From a virus (lineage: Duplodnaviria > Caudoviricetes), in the IMG/VR virus record IMGVR_UViG_3300023173_000017, positions 3,199 to 67,198 of that record: a stretch of DNA of 64,000 nucleotides, one strand, 5' to 3'. The position numbers and the translations under genes were made by a program. This document shows positions 43,200-52,575 of the stretch, one piece after another. The notes beneath the pieces are model-generated. The model made no database searches and had not been told where the DNA came from. It saw nothing but the letters and a program-made list of their open reading frames with translations. How positions within the stretch are numbered: the stretch's first letter is position 1; the number at the start of each line of letters is the position of its first letter.

Positions 43200-43521
43200 T
43201 TGAAGACTCTAAAATGCTTAAAGTTATTTTCATTACTCCATTTGAATTTGCTGATACATTTATCTTTTGCCCCGACTCTAATATTAGTTTTCCACTAATA
43301 GGAGAGGCAGCATCATTTCCTGGTATAGAGTAATTTTTTACTAATTCTGTTTTTACAGAACCTTGTACATGGGAGAATGTTACCGTTCCAGCATTGGAGG
43401 TTACATTTGATATTTGTGCCAAAAGGATTATTGAAGTAAATCCAGTGGGGGCTGTATAGATAGTTTTTTCGGCAGCATCAATTGTTGATGTTACTGTTTT
43501 GTATGTGTTATTTATAGCCAT
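43192..43521 (-). CDS. Small beta-sandwich fibre-associated protein
   Basis: [20 protein letters not shown]...YSIPGND...LILESGQKI. Confidence 0.75.
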
Positions 43522-43522
43522 A

Positions 43523-44806
43523 TTATCCCTCTAGTGCCAAAATATATGGAGTTACCGTTGCAATGATATCTCTTTCATAGGCATCTCCTACAATTGTACC
43601 ACTTGTGGAGTTTATTGTTAAGCCATTTCCTATTTTCATGTTTCCAAGTTGATCAATGCTATTGTATAAAACCCTACCCCCGCTTGACTCCAAAACCTCG
43701 TTTCCTGCTATTGCCTCTCCTCCAGATTGGGGTAGGGCTGCCGCTAAGGTAGTACCAGAACCAACGTATTCAAATGTTTGACCAAACGCTTGTATTTCAC
43801 TTCTTACATAAAAGTTTGTGGTTGTATCATTCGGTATGGGAGAAGAAACATTTTCAGATAGAGTTATAGTTGACTGAGTGTTAAGAACTTCTGTAGATGC
43901 AACAACAGTATAAAATGTTGTTCCGTTGTCAAATGATACAGCGTTTCCAGGGGATGGTTGTGAAGAAAGTCCATCAACAATTATCTCATCTCCTGTTTGA
44001 TCTACTCTATTTGTAGAACCTGATTGAATAAACTGAGTTCCTTGTGCTTTTAGACCATAGTTTCCAAACGAGCAATTAGAATTTTTTAATAGGCATCTTC
44101 CTCCATTTGTGCAGGATATTCCAATGTCGCAACACAATGTATATATTCCAGAAAGTTGTGCATAGGCATTATTTTCTATGTGGACTCCGATTCCACCCTG
44201 GTTATTCTGAGTAAAAGATTCAACAAAAGCCTGACAATATCCAGAAGCGACGCTTCCATCTAAATATATGCCCTTCCCCGTTGTTGTTTCTGAGGCACAA
44301 TTTTTTATTCTTGGGGTAGTTGTTATGCTTCCAGCAGATCCGTCTGGATTAAAAGATATGGCAGCGGCGGGAGATATATGGTTTTTAAAAGTTATTCCAT
44401 TTACAAAAACACCACTATTTATATAAAAAATATTTTCTGAGGTGTTTGATGGAATAACGAAAACTGTTGCCAAACTGTCTCCAACTACTGATACATCTTG
44501 GGGTATGTTTATTGGATTATTTTCAGTATATGTTCCACTTTTTACAAAAATTATTGAGCCTGATGTGGCATTAGCGGCAGCGGCAGATATTGTCAAAAAA
44601 GAGGAGTCTGGTGACCGACCATTGTTTTCATCGTTGCCAGCCTTACTAACATATAAAACATTGGGAACAGATAAGTCTGGAGAGAATCCAGAATTTAATA
44701 CTGAATCTAAAGATTTTGCTAATTCCTCAATGTCTGAAGCAACATTTACTGGATCTGAATCTAATGGGTATGGGAAATCATAGTTGTCAGTTCTACCGCT
44801 AGACAT
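43523..44806 (-). CDS. Pectate-lyase-like beta-helix tailspike/fibre
   Basis: VLYVSKAGNDENNGRS...FLTISAA...IFVKSGTYTE; repetitive beta-helix with N/C ladders. Confidence 0.75.
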   Translation of the reverse strand: MSSGRTDNYDFPYPLDSDPVNVASDIEELAKSLDSVLNSGFSPDLSVPNVLYVSKAGNDENNGRSPDSSFLTISAAAANATSGSIIFVKSGTYTENNPINIPQDVSVVGDSLATVFVIPSNTSENIFYINSGVFVNGITFKNHISPAAAISFNPDGSAGSITTTPRIKNCASETTTGKGIYLDGSVASGYCQAFVESFTQNNQGGIGVHIENNAYAQLSGIYTLCCDIGISCTNGGRCLLKNSNCSFGNYGLKAQGTQFIQSGSTNRVDQTGDEIIVDGLSSQPSPGNAVSFDNGTTFYTVVASTEVLNTQSTITLSENVSSPIPNDTTTNFYVRSEIQAFGQTFEYVGSGTTLAAALPQSGGEAIAGNEVLESSGGRVLYNSIDQLGNMKIGNGLTINSTSGTIVGDAYERDIIATVTPYILALEG

Positions 44807-44821
44807 AAGTCTATTATATCA

Positions 44822-44977
44822 TTACCACTTACCTAGAGGGCATGTGGAGTTCTCTATTCTTGCCTTAACCTTCATAAAGCACCCACACTCCTTGCACGAC
44901 CATGTTGCCTTAAACAATGATGGGCATTCATTACAAATAGCAAGTCTTTCAAATGCCTTTTCTTTTTCTACAAACAT
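44822..44977 (-). CDS. Small Cys-rich protein missed by ORF track (DUF6171-like, from memory)
   Basis: MFVEKEKAFERLAICNECPSLFKATWSCKECGCFMKVKARIENSTCPLGKW; TAATG-coupled. Confidence 0.85.
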   Translation of the reverse strand: MFVEKEKAFERLAICNECPSLFKATWSCKECGCFMKVKARIENSTCPLGKW

Positions 44978-45603
44978 TATAGTCCTTTCAAATACTCTTC
45001 TAGTTCTTCCTCAAACTGAGACTGATCTTCTTCTTCTATAACTACTGGCTCTGGAAGTATTATATCATTCTCTGAAACAGAAGAAGAAATATTTTTCATC
45101 ACCATTTCTCTATCCCCCCACTTTTCTTCTGGACAAAAAGAATAAAACTTCTTGGTTGATTCTATTACAAGGTTACCATTTACAGAGCATGTTCCATCTT
45201 TTGAAGAAAAAAATGGACAAGATAAACAAATTCTAAATCTTTTCTCTCTTTCTTCAGAATCAACATATTGGCCCGATGCTCTTTTTTTAGACCATGGATC
45301 TTTTTCTGTATAAACTCTTTTTCTTTCATTTCCTTCTAGTATTCCTGACGATTCAACTTTTATCTCTATACTTTTTTCATTTTCCTCAACAAATTTTGTT
45401 CCAAAAAATTTCCAATTTCCAGGAACTAGATCTTCGTCTGTTATGTAAAAAATTATTGAATCCTCATCTTGCAAAATTCTCAAACCTGATGCTAAGTCAT
45501 AATCTGCTAATATATTTCCTTTGTTATCAAAAACTGCAAGATATGTTTTTTCATCAATCCATATAGTTGACTTATTATCTTTATATATCTCTATTATTTT
45601 CAT
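44977..45603 (-). CDS. Hypothetical protein with C-terminal RxxICxxC...CPxxKW domain
   Basis: RFRICLSCPFF...TCSVNG...FCPEEKW, paralogous to 44822..44977. Confidence 0.75.
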   Translation of the reverse strand: MKIIEIYKDNKSTIWIDEKTYLAVFDNKGNILADYDLASGLRILQDEDSIIFYITDEDLVPGNWKFFGTKFVEENEKSIEIKVESSGILEGNERKRVYTEKDPWSKKRASGQYVDSEEREKRFRICLSCPFFSSKDGTCSVNGNLVIESTKKFYSFCPEEKWGDREMVMKNISSSVSENDIILPEPVVIEEEDQSQFEEELEEYLKGL

Positions 45604-45604
45604 A

Positions 45605-46249
45605 TTATGTTACCTTGTACCATTCTGTTCCACTATTTATATATCCTGGCTCATTTATTAAAACATCCCAAATTTGTCTACAGCATTCACTTCTATAGCA
45701 TGTTTGACATTTTATTCCATTGTAGTACCACCAGCACATTTCATAACATCCACACTGACCCCATGAAGGGGTTCCTCCTTGATAGCAATTTCCCCAAGGA
45801 TAGGTGCAATAGCAGGCTGCGTCAAGGTAGCAGTTGCAACCATATTCTACCGTATAACTAACATTTCTGTAGGTATATGAATACTTTTTTCTTTCCATAA
45901 AGGCAGGGTCAGATGCTGGAGCACCAGCGGCGTACCTAGCAACTACTTCAAATCTAGAGGTTTGACCACTTAAAGAAAATCTGGCATTGGTAGCGTTAAA
46001 GGAAGTGGTTCCAGATCCTGAAACATATACTGCTTCATATACTAGTGATGGATCATAGTTATCAATCTCAAAAGTTCCAGTGGTGACGTAACTAATTTCT
46101 GGAGGATCTGGTGGGCTTGCAAAGGTCGTTGGATACCATTGACCATTTACCTTGCTAAATGCCTGAGATGCAATTTTCCATTCACCGTCTACCTTAGAAT
46201 AAACTTGTGTAGGTGGAACCCAGGAACCAGATATCTTTATACCAGACAT
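45605..46249 (-). CDS. Fibre-tip protein with 12-Cys C-terminal segment
   Basis: N-terminal KISGSW/KVDGEW/KVNGQW repeats; CNC...CYC...C...CGC...C...CQTC...CC. Confidence 0.75.
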   Translation of the reverse strand: MSGIKISGSWVPPTQVYSKVDGEWKIASQAFSKVNGQWYPTTFASPPDPPEISYVTTGTFEIDNYDPSLVYEAVYVSGSGTTSFNATNARFSLSGQTSRFEVVARYAAGAPASDPAFMERKKYSYTYRNVSYTVEYGCNCYLDAACYCTYPWGNCYQGGTPSWGQCGCYEMCWWYYNGIKCQTCYRSECCRQIWDVLINEPGYINSGTEWYKVT

Positions 46250-46252
46250 TTT

Positions 46253-47047
46253 TTACACCAAATACTTAATCCACAGATCTCCATCTTCACCATCTTCAGA
46301 AACTGGGTCCAGGGTAGAAAAAGTAATATTTCTTGCTCTTGAAGAGTTATCCTGTGATCCAGATAATGTTATTGATGTAGATCCAACAACCGTTCCTCCA
46401 TTTATTGTTGGAGAAGTTAGTGTTTTATTTGACATTATTTGTGTGTCAACTAGGTTTACTACTTCAGAATTATTAGAGTATACCTTGCCATTTGCTGCAA
46501 TTCTAGAGATTACCGAACCAGAGGAGTTTTGCCACTCCTGAATATTAGAGGTTTGACCGCTTGCTGGCCTAACAACTATTCCAGAGTGTGCGGAGTTAAT
46601 TATCTGTATCTTTAAGGCAGACGTTGTTGTTTGTGCAATATTTCCTATGGAGACGTAGTTGGCGAATGATGCCCCACCATTAGGAAATACAGAGACAACG
46701 TTTGTTGAAGATGAGTTTTTCCAATTTTGCAACGGTACAGACTGATTTACCGCTCCTTTAATTGATAAAGGAACAACGCTTAAGTTTTCTGGAACAATTT
46801 CGTTTGGATCTGAAGAAGAAGATATTTCTTCTATAAAAGTCTGACCAAGTGCCGCTATATTGTCCTCATTTGCGGTAACCCTGATATCCAGTGTTCTAAA
46901 GTTTCCTTCAATGCTATCGTTTGGAATTGGCTGATTAGAATAATTATCTATTCCATAGTGATATACACGCAAAGCCTCTTCTATTGAGGCATCGTCTGAA
47001 AAGGTGGGAATTCTTGATTTAAAACTTAGTCCTACTGGCTGAGACAT
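46253..47047 (-). CDS. Tail fibre / whisker protein
   Basis: LQNWKNSS and IQEWQNSS repeats; NKTLTSPTINGG; C-terminal GEDGDLWIKY. Confidence 0.7.
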   Translation of the reverse strand: MSQPVGLSFKSRIPTFSDDASIEEALRVYHYGIDNYSNQPIPNDSIEGNFRTLDIRVTANEDNIAALGQTFIEEISSSSDPNEIVPENLSVVPLSIKGAVNQSVPLQNWKNSSSTNVVSVFPNGGASFANYVSIGNIAQTTTSALKIQIINSAHSGIVVRPASGQTSNIQEWQNSSGSVISRIAANGKVYSNNSEVVNLVDTQIMSNKTLTSPTINGGTVVGSTSITLSGSQDNSSRARNITFSTLDPVSEDGEDGDLWIKYLV

Positions 47048-47054
47048 ATTTTAA

Positions 47055-47627
47055 TTATACCACCGACACTGTAATGTTTATTATCTTTTCTTGATTTTGT
47101 ATATAGGACCAGGAAGATCCAGAAAATTCTGCAACCTTTATTGCTATAATTAGGCTTGTTCCAACTATTTGCCTTGAAATTATTGATACTGCTGATGGAT
47201 TTGAGTTATCTAATGTTAGATTAATGGTATATCTTGATACATCATCTATAGAAATATCTGAAACTATATCTGATAATGGAACAGATATTGTTGCTTCTCC
47301 ATTAGAGTTTGTGCTAATTTCATAATTAGAGGCATATACTGGTGGCTGAAGTTTAAGAGCGGATACCCAGTAGTTTCCAAAGGGGGTTACGGTGTAAATG
47401 TATAGCCATCCATAATTTGATGCTGTGGAAGAGTTTAAAAAAACATCTCCAATTTTTACTTCCTGACCATTTGGAATTACTCCTGGCAAATTGGGATTTC
47501 CTGATCCCAAAATAAATCTTGCTCCCCTTTCGCCTTTTTCTCCTATATCCAAAGAAACATCAATTGACTTTGGAGGACCTAAAATAACTAAGTCATCAGT
47601 GTCGACTACAACATCAAATACCGTCAT
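47055..47627 (-). CDS. Fibre adaptor with short collagen triplets
   Basis: GEKGERGARFILGSGNP...GDVFLN. Confidence 0.6.
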   Translation of the reverse strand: MTVFDVVVDTDDLVILGPPKSIDVSLDIGEKGERGARFILGSGNPNLPGVIPNGQEVKIGDVFLNSSTASNYGWLYIYTVTPFGNYWVSALKLQPPVYASNYEISTNSNGEATISVPLSDIVSDISIDDVSRYTINLTLDNSNPSAVSIISRQIVGTSLIIAIKVAEFSGSSWSYIQNQEKIINITVSVV

Positions 47628-47986
47628 TCTGGTGGCTCCGTTATGTCTTGTGTAACATTTATTGTTCCAGTAACGAGGGTATAAAGTTCGTTAGAGTCTG
47701 TAATTTTCTGTACAGAAACATCGTAAAAGTACCCATTAGTCGATGTTAATTGATTTCCAACTGACGGGAAGATAGTACATGTAAGGTTGCCAGAAGAATC
47801 TATTACTGCTGATCCTTCAATGGTGTCGGATGAATTTCCGCCTCTTGATTCAGAAATATAGAAATAGGCATTGTGGGAGGTATCTGATATTGGGAAGGGT
47901 GTTCCAGCGGCTGTCTTAGGATTTATAATAAATTGGTACAGGTCACCTTTGTAGTAACTTATATTAAAGGTAGCAGGAAAACTCAT
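47624..47986 (-). CDS. Small Ig-like (BppU-like) anchor protein
   Basis: FNISYYKGD...YFYDVSV...TLVTGTINVTQDIT. Confidence 0.6.
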   Translation of the reverse strand: MSFPATFNISYYKGDLYQFIINPKTAAGTPFPISDTSHNAYFYISESRGGNSSDTIEGSAVIDSSGNLTCTIFPSVGNQLTSTNGYFYDVSVQKITDSNELYTLVTGTINVTQDITEPPE

Positions 47987-47999
47987 TTTTTAATCACCT

Positions 48000-49040
48000 T
48001 CATTTATTATACCACTCCATATTATAAGAAAGCCTTGAGTCTGATGGATTTAGTCTTAATGCTTCTTGTCCATATACCCTTGCCTTTTCCTTCAGTCCTA
48101 TGTTGTAGGCAGAAATAGCCGCAAGATCATATGGGGTGCTTCCCCAGGCAAAGTCTTCACATAGGTATTCTAGTGGCTTATCCTTTATGGATAAAGCCTT
48201 TGTAGCATAGGCATAGCATAATTCAAACTGCTTACTTTCGTAATAAAATTGTGCTAACTCTACTAATGCCTCTCTTCTTTCTGGACATTCGGCTACCGAC
48301 CTCAAAAGCCATGTCTCTTTATCTTCTATCTTTGCAAGATACCTCATAGATGCTGCACGTTCTGGCTTCCACAATGCTCTGGGGAGTGATAGGTGACGCT
48401 TAAACTCCTTTGCCGCCTCTTCTTTTTGATTATGGAAAAATAATTCTCTAGCATAGTAAAAAACATTACGATCATCTTCTGGGTCTTCCTCTACCGACAA
48501 TTTTAGCAGGGGCATATATTGTGATCGTGACTTTGTTTTATCTGGATAATGATGAATTTCTAGATTACACCACCCTTGAGTTTCTTGTTTAGAACAACAC
48601 AAAACCTCATGTACTGGATGCTTCCAGTAGTAATTTTTACGACTATGTATCTTGTCTCCACCATACTGTAATCCAGGAGATCCGTCACTATTCCAAGACC
48701 ATGTGTACTTATATCTTGGTCTGGTTATCCCATCAGATATCGATTTTTCTACTTCATGCCTCCATCCCTCAACAAGAATTTCGTCCATATCAAGCGCGAT
48801 GCACATATCTATATCTTCTGGTAAATACTCTAGTGCTGCGTTTCTTGCATAATCAAAACGCCAAGGATCAAAGGATTGAACTTTTACATTAACCCCAAGA
48901 TCCTTGGCTATATTGACTGTGTTATCTATAGATCCAGTATCTAGTATAAATAGGTAATCTGCATCTTTGGCAGACTTATACCATCTTTCAACAAAGTCCT
49001 CTTCATTTTTGGCTATGGTATAAACTGCTATTTTTGCCAC
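48000..49040 (-). CDS. Glycosyltransferase family 2 with TPR repeats
   Basis: VYTIAKNEE, ILDTGSID, FDYARNAAL, ALDMDE; TPR-like C-terminal half. Confidence 0.88.
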   Translation of the reverse strand: MAKIAVYTIAKNEEDFVERWYKSAKDADYLFILDTGSIDNTVNIAKDLGVNVKVQSFDPWRFDYARNAALEYLPEDIDMCIALDMDEILVEGWRHEVEKSISDGITRPRYKYTWSWNSDGSPGLQYGGDKIHSRKNYYWKHPVHEVLCCSKQETQGWCNLEIHHYPDKTKSRSQYMPLLKLSVEEDPEDDRNVFYYARELFFHNQKEEAAKEFKRHLSLPRALWKPERAASMRYLAKIEDKETWLLRSVAECPERREALVELAQFYYESKQFELCYAYATKALSIKDKPLEYLCEDFAWGSTPYDLAAISAYNIGLKEKARVYGQEALRLNPSDSRLSYNMEWYNK

Positions 49041-49060
49041 TGGACAACATCATCTCTTTG

Positions 49061-49996
49061 CTATTGCGCTAAAGACTTATCAAAATCAAGCCATTGATTG
49101 ATAATTCTTTCATCTTTTCTGTACTCAACAATGTCCTTTATCTGATCTTTTGGATCAAACTGTCCGTTCTTTACCTTGTTTATGGCATCAGTTAGAGCAT
49201 TTGTATAAGAATCAAGAATGACAGGGAATTCCTGAACAGAAAAGTCAACCATAGTTCCGTGCCCCCTAGAAGTTTCTGGAAGCACTCCTATGTTACTATA
49301 AACACAAAGGTTTCCAGATGCCAACGCCTCTGCCTGAATCATGCAACTAGTCTCCTCAAAAATAGAGGGGTAGGCGTGGATGTGAGAATCTGCAAGTGCT
49401 TTGAGAACAGTTGATCTGGGGGTTTTACCATAAAAAGTAATTCTCTCATCCTTCATTAATTCGTCTAGTGCTGGATTATCATATTGCTCAGGATAGAAAT
49501 CATTGTATACATTTAATTCAAAATCCTCTTCTATTTTTCTTACTGCCTGCAACAAAATATCCATACCCCTGATTGCTTGGGATGCATGAATTATTTTTGG
49601 CACTTCAACATTATCAAATTTTGTAGGATTGAACGGTATTTCTCCGATAGGATACTCAACAACATGAATCATGTCTGGATCTACGTTCATCTCTAGTGCC
49701 GTCTTCTTCTTATGAAAATTAGAAATAACAACAATCTTCTCTATTGTTTCTTTAAAGTCTTCCCTCTTTAAAACATTTAGTCCACTATCGTCTACCTGAT
49801 TTGGTGTAAGATGTAGCCACAATATATTTCTTTTTCCTTGAAAAAGTTCTTCTAAAGGCTGCGGTGCTCCAGGAACAGATACGCATCTATAGTCTCTAAT
49901 GTTTTTCATTTCTGGCAGAACATTTTTATGAAACCACTTCATTGCTACTTCTGTGCCGCCCAAATTATTATTATCCCACGGGAATATGTTTTCCAT
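49061..49996 (-). CDS. GT-B glycosyltransferase (GT4-like)
   Basis: GGTE N-terminal motif; YPSIFEETSCMIQAEALASG (EX7E). Confidence 0.88.
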   Translation of the reverse strand: MENIFPWDNNNLGGTEVAMKWFHKNVLPEMKNIRDYRCVSVPGAPQPLEELFQGKRNILWLHLTPNQVDDSGLNVLKREDFKETIEKIVVISNFHKKKTALEMNVDPDMIHVVEYPIGEIPFNPTKFDNVEVPKIIHASQAIRGMDILLQAVRKIEEDFELNVYNDFYPEQYDNPALDELMKDERITFYGKTPRSTVLKALADSHIHAYPSIFEETSCMIQAEALASGNLCVYSNIGVLPETSRGHGTMVDFSVQEFPVILDSYTNALTDAINKVKNGQFDPKDQIKDIVEYRKDERIINQWLDFDKSLAQ

Positions 49997-50079
49997 TTTA
50001 AGTTCCTTAATCTAGGTGTCCTATGATATCATAAAGGCTAGGACAAATCAAGCCCTAGCCAATATGATTTATATAAATA

Positions 50080-50364
50080 TTACTCTGCTGGTGTGTTTTG
50101 CGCTTCCATTTCGTCCATCATTGCCTGAATCTCTTCAGCAGTTGGCTTTGGAGCACCCTCTTCTCCTCTTGCGTTTGGTGCAAAAGGTGCTTCTGGATCA
50201 TCCATTGAAGCAACAAAAAGTTGTGCCCACTGCTCTGCCTCTTCTGCACTATCCCACGAATCTCCGTTGGGCCAGTGTGGTTGAAATAGTCCAGCGACCT
50301 CTGAATCTCCATAATAGACTCTAACTGCATGAGTTCCTTCTTCAATCTCATATCTACTTGCCAT
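50080..50364 (-). CDS. Small acidic hypothetical protein
   Basis: QPHWPNGDSWDSAEEAEQWA; SD GGAGG upstream. Confidence 0.7.
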   Translation of the reverse strand: MASRYEIEEGTHAVRVYYGDSEVAGLFQPHWPNGDSWDSAEEAEQWAQLFVASMDDPEAPFAPNARGEEGAPKPTAEEIQAMMDEMEAQNTPAE

Positions 50365-50390
50365 ATTTTTTCACCTCCATTACATATATT

Positions 50391-51050
50391 TTACCATGAA
50401 ATAGGAATCTTTTTCATGTGCTTTACTAAAACATCTGGATCAAAGTATATGTCTATTCCTGCATTATATGCTCCTATGCACCAAGAAACGTCTTCTCCTA
50501 TTGAATCTACTATTTCTGTGCCGTCGCTTCTTTTTACAGGTTGACTTTGATGCTTAAACCATGGCCTTTCTATTCTTTCAAATACCCCAAATTTCATGGC
50601 AACAAATCCAAAACCCATACTTTGGATCTTCATAGGCTCTGACATTTGCATAATCTTTTGCTTTGGCATACCTCCAATAATTCCCCATTCATGAACCGAT
50701 GTTGTTGTTCCATCTGCTAAGAGATAGGCACCCGTACAAACATCGTAGTCTGAATCATATATTCTAAAAAATTGCCAAGGCTCCCATGATATATCAGAGT
50801 CTATCCAAAATATCTTGTTATAGGTTACAGTTCCTCCTAGAGGTGCTGTATCATCTGGGTTTAAGTTTGCCCCGTCTCCTCCAGTTATAGTTGCTTCTCT
50901 TGCATGATGAACAAGAGAGGAATAATTGTTCAAAAACTTATAAGTTATTCCTCTTTTGTCACACTCTGCGAGGGTAGCCACAAGGCTCTTTACATACTGT
51001 GCCTCCATCATAGCCCCAGGAGTTGCTATGAGAACATCATAGTGCTTCAT
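50391..51050 (-). CDS. GT-A fold glycosyltransferase-like protein
   Basis: VLIATPG, FWIDSDI (DxD), GFGFVAM, GEDVSWC. Confidence 0.75.
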   Translation of the reverse strand: MKHYDVLIATPGAMMEAQYVKSLVATLAECDKRGITYKFLNNYSSLVHHAREATITGGDGANLNPDDTAPLGGTVTYNKIFWIDSDISWEPWQFFRIYDSDYDVCTGAYLLADGTTTSVHEWGIIGGMPKQKIMQMSEPMKIQSMGFGFVAMKFGVFERIERPWFKHQSQPVKRSDGTEIVDSIGEDVSWCIGAYNAGIDIYFDPDVLVKHMKKIPISW

Positions 51051-51098
51051 TATTTTTCCTATCTGTTATGAATATTATATAATACGTTTGCTATTTTG

Positions 51099-51218
51099 TC
51101 ATCCAGATCCTACAGGAATCCAGTTAGCAATCGTAGGCAATACTTGCTGTGTCCATGTGATGCCATCGGTAGAGACGAGGGCTATTATGGTGTTGCCTGC
51201 GCATAAAACTCTTTCCAT
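51099..51218 (-). pseudogene. Relic last blade of an Asp-box propeller gene
   Basis: MERVLCAGNTIIALVSTDGITWTQQVLPTIANWIPVGSG*; same STDGITW motif as upstream paralogues. Confidence 0.6.
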
Positions 51219-52575
51219 ACTCCATATATTGGATCATGTCCAGAATATGTAATTTGTCTTGTGGATGCGCTTGCTATTGATGTTCCTGAAACAACATCAA
51301 CCTTTCCAGTAAAATATGCTCCAGATAGGCTTGCTTTTTCTGCAAATTTATCGTTAACTTCTTTTTCATTTTCAACTATTGAATCATAGTTTTCAGAAGT
51401 ACTATTGAGTCATAGTTTTCAGAAATATCGGAACCCTGTCTTTGAATTACATCTGCAAGATTTTGTTGAGATGTTTTAGTTTGATTATTGAGTGCAAAGA
51501 TGTGTACGGGTTCCGAGGCTGCCAGGGAGACCATATAATCGGATGGTAGTGGCTTTGAATGAATAGTCCAAGATACACCGTCTGTTGTTGAGTAAAAAGT
51601 AAGAGCATAGCCAGCCTGATCTGGATCATTAGTGTGAATTTCAAATCTTTGTTCTGCTTCATTAAAAAAGGCTTCACGCCAGTTGGGTCCAGTGGATGTA
51701 ATCGGGGTAGTGGCTCTTGTCCAAGTTATACAATCTGTTGATCTGTATGGGTGGTCACTACCACTGCCATAATTAGTATATTTTGACTTAATAAATATTC
51801 CATTTCCTCCAGCAAGTCCCCTAAAATTGAAGGATTGGTCTGCTAGTGATCCTTGTGTCCATGTTATTAGGTCGGTGCTTGTCCAAGGAACTTCATTGGA
51901 TACGCTGCCGCCCTCGCCCTGTAATGCATATAGTGACCCAGAGTAAGCAAACCTAGGTTTGTAACCACTGGTGTAACTACCAGAATTTATGGCGGGGGAA
52001 GTAGATGTTGTCCATGTAATTAAATCTGTAGTAAACTCTAAAATATTATTGCCTATACCCTTCATATGAACAAAAACATCATTTGCCATATAAAATGTAG
52101 CGGTAGTGGAAAAATTAGGTAGTGTGTATGCAGACCATGAAAGAGGCCATGATGCTTTAGCAACTCTAAGATATTGACCAGCATGGTTATATTCTGCTGC
52201 TACAATAAACTTGTCTGCTCCCTTAAGATAAAAGGCTTTATCTACATAGTATGATGAACTAGTTCCGTCGTAATCTTTAATGGGATTTGTTCTTGTTACC
52301 CAGTTTATTTCTGAATAGTCTGTTGAAATTTTTCCTTCAAAATGAACGTTGTAAGAAATCCTAGGAGTTACATAGATATTGTTGTGAATAGCAAAATAAT
52401 CATTTTGTGCACTCTCTTTAAGGTAGTTAAAACCAGATGGTGCAGTACCTTCTAATACAGAAAGGCTTTCTCCGTCGTCAAGAACTAAATTACCGTTGGC
52501 AAACATGTAGAGTGATGGATCAAAATACTCCGTAAACTCAGAATAAATTTCTCTTTTATTGCTTATAATACCCAT
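51185..52575 (-). pseudogene. Asp-box beta-propeller fibre gene frameshifted near its 3' end (ORF as given 51376..52575)
   Basis: TTDLITW, STDLITW, STDCITW, TTDGVSW repeats; removing one 26-bp repeat unit extends the frame ~60 codons to TAA 51185. Confidence 0.7.
51375..51424. repeat. Tandem 24-bp direct repeat, period 26 bp, one mismatch
   Basis: actattgaatcatagttttcagaa gt actattgagtcatagttttcagaa. Confidence 0.92.

Noticed and set aside
45660-45860. Cys/Tyr-rich segment as a DGR variable region
   Set aside because: No template copy in window; Cys enrichment is too ordered for random adenine mutagenesis
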